A stretch of DNA of 64,000 bases. Source: Phoronis australis (lineage: Eukaryota; Animalia; Phoronida). Location: NCBI GenBank assembly GCA_002633005.1, contig NMRA01000221.1, positions 250,290 to 314,289 on the forward strand. Direction: 5' to 3'. The translations under genes were made by a program, and so were the position numbers. Shown here in pieces: positions 55,601 through 64,000 of this stretch. The notes under the pieces were generated by a model, which was given only the letters and a program-made list of their open reading frames with translations, was not told where the DNA came from and made no database searches. The number at the start of each line of letters is the position of its first letter. Position 1 is the stretch's first letter.

Positions 55601-57549
55601 GACTGTATATTATGGGGAGATATTTGGAGAGGTACATGTAAGATACTGATAATGGGTTACGTCACATTCGCAGGTCCGTATGCTGGATCGACAACTTTAG
55701 ATTTCACTTGGCAAGCCCAGATTATCAGTTTTGGCGACCTCAGATTTTTGCCCGGTCACCAAATGCGAGCGCTGCAAAGTGTAACTTTTTGACAAACTCT
55801 TCAGTTATATCGATAACATAAGTAATCGTATAAAATACCGTTGCCTGACACTTTTTTATTGAGAACAGATTTTACAAGCGGGTTTGCCATGGCGTCGTTT
55901 TATGCACAGAGCATGGTCAAGGAATAACAGAAGTGCCATTTCTTTGCAAACACAGTTAACTCACTTCTCTTCAAAGTAAGGAAGAAGTTGAGATCAATTT
56001 TGTAGCATCAAGGGGATTAAATCCTGAGTATACTGCTGTATGTAACAGTTATGGGGACTAAATCCTGAGTATACTGCTAAAAGTAACAGTTAAGGGGGCT
56101 AAATCCTGGGTATACTGCTGTATGTAACAGTTAATTTTTTAAATTTTCCATTGGGCAATTTGCAAATAGATGACTCTGTACCACAAACAATTTTAGTGAA
56201 ATATCATTGGAAATGAGTCTAAAAGAATCTGCTGCAGTACGTATGCAGGGGATTTCTGCCATACTCCCTTAGAGCTTGTAGAACTTCGTAACATTGATTT
56301 GTGATTGGTTTATCTTAACCATGTTTGTCAGAATTATCCGTTGTTAACCAAAGAAGCCGATACAGGAAAGCGATACCACACCTTGTACATTCAAACGAAC
56401 TAGCCTAACGCCAGTTGGTAGATAATTCAGCGGCATTGAAATCTTATGTGCTTGAAAGCACTCATAAAACATGTTGCACAACTCATGTCTACACATATAA
56501 ACCATCGCCTTTCACCTTGATGGTTCTATAATGATGATAGTCAAGACTATCAAAGCAAATGCCTATCGCAAGTGAGATTTTCTTCTCTAAGTTTGAAGAT
56601 CCAATCTGGTAGGTGATCCACGAATCCAAGGTTGGAGCACTTCTACCAATATGTAGCAGCTCAACGGGAACACCATGCACACACTATTTGAATGCCCATT
56701 TGTTCATTCAAACTGAACACCATGTGCATACTATTTGAATGTCCACTTGTTCATTCAAACTGAACACCAAGTACATACTATATGAATGTCCAATGCTTCA
56801 CAATATGCTAACTGCTCTACATATTTACACAAAATTAAATAACCAATATTTTAAGAGGCAGAGTGACCGAAATAAAAAGATTGGCCAGAAATATCGTAAG
56901 ACCAAAGTACGAAAAGAACAGAAAGTCAAAACATTGTCAATGGTATTTTGGCCTTTCAAGGTAAGTACTTTTTTCAAGGTAAGTACTTTTTTCACAGGTA
57001 CTGTGACAGACATATAAAGAGTCCATGTGGTGCAATAAATTACAGCACATTGTAGCCACAGTTTTGAATAAATAGAAAGTAAAAATGCCGGCCGTTGCAC
57101 CAAGCTCGAATTTACAGAAACTCGAGAAAGGTAAATATTATGTTTATGAACTAATTTTAGATGCGCTAAAAATTAGAATGTGTGAAAATGAAGCGCAGTT
57201 ACCGTGATAGATCTGCGTTTCCTCATTTCAATTACAAGATCATCCTTAAATTATGTGCTAACTCCTTCAAACCTTGATCTCAAGCTCTCAACGGAAAAGT
57301 ATATCGTACTATAAAAGTTTTAATTACTGTAATTTTCTATTCACTCTTTAAATTTCATAATAACCGTTAACTACGACAAATTTAGGACACCATGCAGCGG
57401 ATAAGTGCAATTTCGTCAATCTTGTTTTTCCAGAAGCCATGTCACATCAAAATAATGCTTTTCCATTTTCAGCAAAATAGCTTTCCCGATGTTATAGAGC
57501 CACCTGGCTGCCTGGTGTTGGTAAATGACTGCTTCCTACAAAAATTCCA

Positions 57550-57563
57550 CTGCCCCCTGGTGG
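57550..57563 (-). promoter_or_regulatory. CTCF-like motif
   Basis: CCACCAGGGGGCAG on -. Similar cores at 4661(+), 32148(+), 43886(-) and 63859(+). Motif match only. Confidence 0.4.
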
Positions 57564-60500
57564 TGTTCATAGATAACTACAAGGCCATCTTCAGACAACA
57601 TAAACCTGAAACTTTTTTACAGCAAGTTACAGAAGCCGTGATTTATATTTTTGTGTCATTTGTGTCTATTTACATTTCATACTCGTGTTCTGTTTGGTCC
57701 CAGGTATCCATTAAAAATAAATATCGCCAGGTATGGTAAAGTCTCACCAATTTCGGACAAAAACAAATGCTTACTAGGTAATAGGTTACTTAAAAATCCT
57801 GATTTCGGCCTATTGACAGATATTAAAAAAGACATCCCCATTCAATTCCATGAAGCAAAATAATGCTATATAAACCTCCACAACCCTCATAAGTTGGGAA
57901 GAAAATTTGAAAGTTTTTTTGAAGCAGGCTAAACAGGCAAGCATGACCTATGCTTTAAGCAAATTACAAGGCAACTGTGAAAATAAACCACCCGCCAAGA
58001 ACAATAATATCCCATCAGTGACACATAGGCTTTGAAACCAGAAGAAAAAAAATCTTGTAAGTTAACTAATTTCTTTTTGTTCACGAATGCAAGCTTTTCA
58101 GTCCTTGCAAAAATACATTTGGGAGAATCTGATCCTCAAAACCCATACAGACAGTAACTTCAAAGCTATAAAAATATTAAGAATTCTACCAAATGTTCCA
58201 ACCCAGATAGTAAGTCAAGGAATGCCATCATAGTCAAAGCTTGGCACATTGAATTCAATCAATACAGGCAACACCAAATAGGTAATCAGACCCCTGCTGA
58301 CAAGGTAATAGCTCCATTCAATCAGCTGATTAGCAAGACGCCAACTAAGACCCATAATGAGGTTATTTTGGTCAACTTTTTAATGACTGCAAAGCATTTA
58401 TTCTAATGACGACAAAAATAATTATTCTGTTACGGTACTGTTACGGTACCCCGGAAGTCAAGGCGGTAATTCAATGAACAAGTTTGAACATCTGTGTACG
58501 GAGATTTGTCAGCATGATCCTCATTCAAGGACGACCCTTGCTGTAATTTTGTTGGAGCTTTTAAAATTATAGTTCTCTCCCTCCCTCACCTCTTGTAAAA
58601 ATTAGCATTTGCAAATAATTTAAATTGACTGCTAGCATCTTCGGTATTTCTATTGATTTCATTTTGTCAAAGATTTAAATACCATGAAAAATATGCACTA
58701 GCCCGATATAACGCACACAGTGCAGCAATCAACTTCGAATACAAACTTATTTACACCTCCAAATCCTACAACATTTAAGTTTGGTTTTAGTCACCAGGTG
58801 GCATCCGTTTCCCACATACAACTGGCAAAGCTTATCCTTAATAGGACACAGAAACTGCAATTGAAACAAGTGATGCCTCGGGAACAAAATGTACCAGTTG
58901 TTGGGAAATAAATGGTTTCAAAATATCACCCTACTAAGTATCAGGGTAACCAAAACAAATGAAATTAGGCAAAAACGTGGGTAATTGAAACCACCACAAA
59001 ATGACCCAAGGCCTTCAATTGAATTATACATTGATTGATGACTAGCACAGTACTAAAAGTACCTTTGCCGACAAAAACTAATTACATTTCAAATCCTTTG
59101 TCAATTTCATTGAAAATGAATTTCTGTACGACTAGAATTGCCAGTGAACAAAGGTGTCAGTGGCATAAATTTCCAACATTAATTTCTCAAATTCTCTACA
59201 CAGCATGAATGCAAAATCACTAACATAAAATTAAAACTATTGGAAAGGCCTACGCACCACACCAACATCGATCGCCAAGGTCGTTGGCAATGCACAACAG
59301 ACAGAGACCTTGAGATAGTGACGACACCTATTGGTTAACACAGAACTATTCACTATTCCAACATTGATCAGCAAAGTTATGAACAATTAAAAACGGATTG
59401 AAACATAGAGATAGTAATGCCACCTATTGGTTATCACAGAAGTTGAGGCATTTAATGGAGACCTTCACAAAGCAAAGGCCTGTTCGGGGTTCATTCTTAC
59501 TCATTTATACACAATAAAAATTTACCTAACTTTATCAAGCTAGTTGACAAGTCATTTTTCAAATGTTCAACTTCGAACTTGAGAATTACTTCACAGTTTT
59601 TGTACCAATCAATTGCTGCATTGAAGCTAAAACGATACGGACCAAGCCTGAATATCTATAAAAAATAAAACATTAGATATTTTGCCTAAATACACGTTAC
59701 CAACAATATAATTATTCAAACGCGGTCGTGCAGTGTAGTTAACGCAGTAACAAAGAGGTAAAAGAATCCCAAATATAGTACCTCAGTTAGCCTTGGTTCA
59801 AAGCTGGATAAATCTACACCTTTGCCCCAATGTGGGCAAAACGGTGGCCTAACAAGATCTGACAAAAATCAATATTATTAAAACCTAAATTGTTCCTTGA
59901 GTATTAACTAAAATAGCCAAGGGTGATAACAAAATAACCATTGCACCGTTATTCTGTTGCTGAGCTTGCGGATCCATGTGACACGTCGGCTTTCAGCGAA
60001 TATCGCCCCTACCCCTCGCCGCCACGGACACTGCAAATTATTGACAGATATGTGCGGCACTAACGCAAACCTCCCCCTTACATCCAACACCACTGCATAT
60101 TGTGAAACTAAACATCGCTACAGTGGGTTAACGTGTTTCGTTAAAGTGAAATGCAGTTAATGTATAAACCTTTTAACTAAATTGATGTTGAAAGTACGAT
60201 TGAGAAGCATAACCTAACACTATGACACAGCAACAACTAAGGCAAATGTGTCAGAAAAAAAATTGCAAAAATAGACTGCTCAAGCGAGCTTCGTCGAAGA
60301 GGATTTTGACTGTAATTTCATCGAGATCCTGTTACACTGACATTTTTATGCTAGGAAAAAAATTGAGTTTGCCGATTAGTTCCAGGCAGGAACATGCCAC
60401 TTACATATTATGGGGATATTGGTTACAGGTGTTTAGTGCACACATTGCTAGAAATACTGTGTCTAGCAGGACATGGCAAGTTTCTTAGAATTTAAACAAA

Positions 60501-61264
60501 ATTAACAACTTTTTCAAAACCTCGCAGAAGTAAAATAATGCTTAACGTCATTTCATTTATGTCTGGTGATTGCTGTACAGTGTATATACTCTCCAAATAA
60601 TGGAGTTAAGTTTTTTCCTGTTCACTTTCCATGAAATTTTCACAAAATAAATTCCGCCATTCTGCTCAATTGTATTCTTCTTCTTCTCATTCATAATTGT
60701 ATTCTAAATTGCAGAAACCTTACAGTCATGTTAACATATGTGAATGGTCCACTGTCTCCCTGCTACCTAATGTATGTGAACATGGGAGAAAACTACTCAT
60801 TGACTGACAACACCAACAAAATGGCATGCAAGCCTCATGCAGGTATGGGGCAACAAGCCAAAACCATAAGCCTTTTTATGTAAAAAACTAATGGAATTTC
60901 AACTCATTCATCTACCAGGGTCTTCAAATGTTTCGTTGTTTACTTTAATACAGAATGGATGTAATTATTAAAACAATCCAACAAAACTAGAAATATGTAA
61001 GCGAACACCCCCAACAGCCACAGAGTACAAGATCAAAGATGGCCGACAAAGCCACATGCAATTTCAGGCAACAACAAATCCCAAAGAAAGTCGAAACCAA
61101 CACAAAATTGGGAACAGAACAGTCACAGCCATGTTAATATCCAAATCGCTATGTTACTTAGTACTACACAACCCAAACCAATGAAACGCTATTAGGTCAG
61201 TAGAACACGACAGAAACTATCCGTTGGTCAAAAGCGATGCTGCCAAATGGCAATAGCATCTTAC

Positions 61265-61364
61265 CCGAACTGAAGCTTTGGTTTGAAGACGGCGACACTG
61301 ACCGCTGTTGACGTTTGGCCGGTCGTGTGCGCATTGGCGGCACTATCTTCTTGTAATGGATTTC
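61265..61364 (-). CDS. AHCYL1: AHCYL Ser-rich (IRBIT domain) exon variant Y: EIHYKKIVPPMRTRPAKRQQRSVSPSSNQSFSS
   Basis: 100 nt, phase 0-1, pyrimidine tract + tag acceptor, gtaaga donor. Aligns with IRBIT RSISQSSTDSYSSA. Confidence 0.8.
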
Positions 61365-61444
61365 CTACCAATGACAGGAAGGAACACAGTACAGAGAACA
61401 GCATTACAACAGAGCACGTGACCGTCAACACGGTCAATACTTAC

Positions 61445-61529
61445 ACGTGTAGCTGTCGCCTTCAGAGGATATGGAGACGGTGCGTAAGCGCGACCTGTTT
61501 GGGATATGGTGGTGTTTGTATTTGATCTC
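61445..61529 (-). CDS. AHCYL1: AHCYL Ser-rich exon variant X: EIKYKHHHIPNRSRLRTVSISSEGDSYT
   Basis: 85 nt, phase 0-1, tttgtttgttacag acceptor, gtaagt donor. Same EIxYK start and Ser-rich end as variant Y. Confidence 0.78.
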
Positions 61530-64000
61530 CTGTAACAAACAAAAAAGGTAGCAATCAGACGGGGTCGTTGTTTCGCTGACAACTTCAACAGGAATGGATC
61601 GCCGCGTTAACGGCCCTGCAAAAGAAGAAACCAACAAAGGACGAGGACTCGAGAAAAAATGGCAATACATTGTGTTCAACAGAATGAAGAAGAATACACT
61701 GACAATGTACAAAGTGACTGGGATGGACAAAAGATGGCAATAGTGGTACTAGCCGTGATGATGATGGTCACTAAATTTGCAAAGCACAATTTATTATTAA
61801 GAGTTCCAAGACGAAAATGCAGGACAGGAAAGAGACTGATTCGTCCTTTTGGTAAAAATACAAAATAAAGTGTCTGAATTTCACCAAACTCTGCCTGCTA
61901 TCAACGAGAGGGTTTGGAAAACAAAGATTATGCAGAAATGTTGGGATGCAACACAACTGGAAAAAAGAATAGAGAAATCTGGACACAGGCATTAAAAAAT
62001 AATCAAAAACAAGACAAAAATGACCATGTGATTGAATTCCACTGCTCATTTGCAAAAATGGGCGGTACGGTAAAATCTAACCAATTTCTGACACTATGTG
62101 ACATAAAAGTGAAATTCTATCTTTTTGAAAAAAAAATAATTAGCACCTCAAAATGGTACGCCATAACTAACTAGAAGTTGTGGGTATTCACAGCATTAGA
62201 AACGTTAACAATTATTTTTGTCTAAAAATGGTGAGCCGTTTGTGTACAGCTTGAGAAGGATGCTACTTGAGCTACATTGAGACAAGCCTCTGCCTTTGTA
62301 CAAAAGTAAAGAAATCCACAATTTTCCAATTAGGAAAACTGAAAATTAACTACCGTTGCTAACAGCAATATTCTGGATATTCCGCACAAATATAATTGCC
62401 AAATTTGTCATTTTTTTCATTTTTCAAAGATTGATTACTTTACTATAAATAGTGGAAACTTACAAAACCGTTGTTTTACAGTACTTAGATAGTACAAACC
62501 TAGCCAGTTATAGACTAAATTCTCTTGATCTTTATTTTTGTGAAGAAATTTGACAAACGAGAAATTCAAATGTTCTCCACATGCCCAAATTGTGGGCTAA
62601 AGCAGTTCTTTGCTCAAGGTCGGAGCTTGAACCAAACTTTACAAATATGCAATACTGACCGTCGCAAATTCAAGAATTACAACAAGCCAGTAAAATCAAC
62701 CATACCCAAAATTCTAGAATTAATTTGGTATGTAAATAGCCAAACAATCGTGAACTGTAAACAGGTGGAGTGCACTTTGAGAACACCAACAAATTGACCA
62801 GCCACATACACTGGTGGTTGCTATAGTTTTAAACGTCTCATAGCAACCAAGTCTTAATTAAACCTATGCTGAAACATCATAAAACAATGTTTTTAATTCC
62901 TAACATCATAAGACAATGTTTTTAATTCCTAAAACAATCAACTTAACAATCTTTCTGCTGAAAAGCCATTTATTTTCCAAGCAAGACAACATGCTGGACA
63001 ATATTGACAATATGTGGCAATATTGCACTGCTTGGTGCCACTGTTTACTTTATCTCAAGACAGCAAACCTGAAACTGGCAATGAAAATAATCCTATTAAT
63101 CATGAAATGATGCTCTTGTCTTTTAGCAGAGCAGTTTCCAGTCCCCAAGAGCTTGTCAAGCCCTAGTCTGTTTCTGGGCACACCAGAGGTATACAGGAGT
63201 CATCTGCCACTCACATGTTGCTGCCAATGTATAAGGTGTACTGTAGTGATTCAAGTGTGGGAGGTTCCTTGAGCAGACCTGACCTGCCAATGGGAGGGCG
63301 AGTTGCACTCGTTGCCCTAACCCCTTGGATATGATCATGTCTTCCACCTGCACAATAATTCAATTTCTACACAATATTTTTGTGCGCATCAAGTGAATGG
63401 GCTCGTGTGAGCCAAAAAGGTAACAAAATGCATTATTTTGCTTAATTTGTGACCATTTGGATAACGGTTAGAGAGAATCAGAACCAAGTACCATTATCAA
63501 TTAAAGGTGACAGGCATTTATGGTTTGGTTCATTTTCGACTGAAAGATCCAACATTTTTTAATTGATAAAAAGCATTGAGGAACATCAGAATGGCAAATC
63601 ATTGACTGGGGAGCAGCGAGACCGGGCATCTTGAGAATACGAGGGTGTACCCTCTTTCACCCCTAGAGCTAATTCAACGACTCAGGCCTACGGGTAAAAC
63701 TCATAGACACTGTAATGTGGCAGCCAAGAGTATCACAGTACAAATCAGGATGCCATTTAAACTGCATACTTAGTTACTTGAATGCACGTGTCGCTTAGAG
63801 CCTTGATTCAACCTTCGTGTCAGCAGCTAGCCTTGCAACAAATTCGTTGACCACGAAACCACGAGAGGGCGCACCTACAAACTTTTTATGGAGGAAATTG
63901 GGTAGCACGGCTTTGGTTTGCATTGAAAAGAATATGATTATGTTTCACTGCTGATGGCTTTATTTCAAGGAGAAAGCGCGTCGAGTAAGCAAACAAACAA

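Overview
AT-rich, intron-rich animal genomic DNA. It is probably an invertebrate deuterostome, inferred only from protein similarity. Two genes lie tail-to-tail. On + is a complete 8-coding-exon NRF1/P3A2/erect-wing transcription factor (4855-11447, 463 aa as spliced by hand). On - is an AHCYL1/2 (IRBIT) pseudo-enzyme. Its 12-exon constant region (13348-26013) is preceded by more than 35 kb holding several alternative phase-1 exons. The standout signal is at 61236-61529. Two tandem exons, which cannot be joined in frame, each encode a different version of the IRBIT Ser-rich phospho-motif. The 80-nt intron between them carries a 14-nt element that can either fold locally or pair with the downstream exon, making a candidate RNA-structure switch for mutually exclusive splicing. 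The rest is MITEs, a tRNA-SINE, minisatellites, short decayed duplications of exon edges, and a 41-N gap (8549-8589). All gene models were built by eye; no alignment, folding or database search was run.
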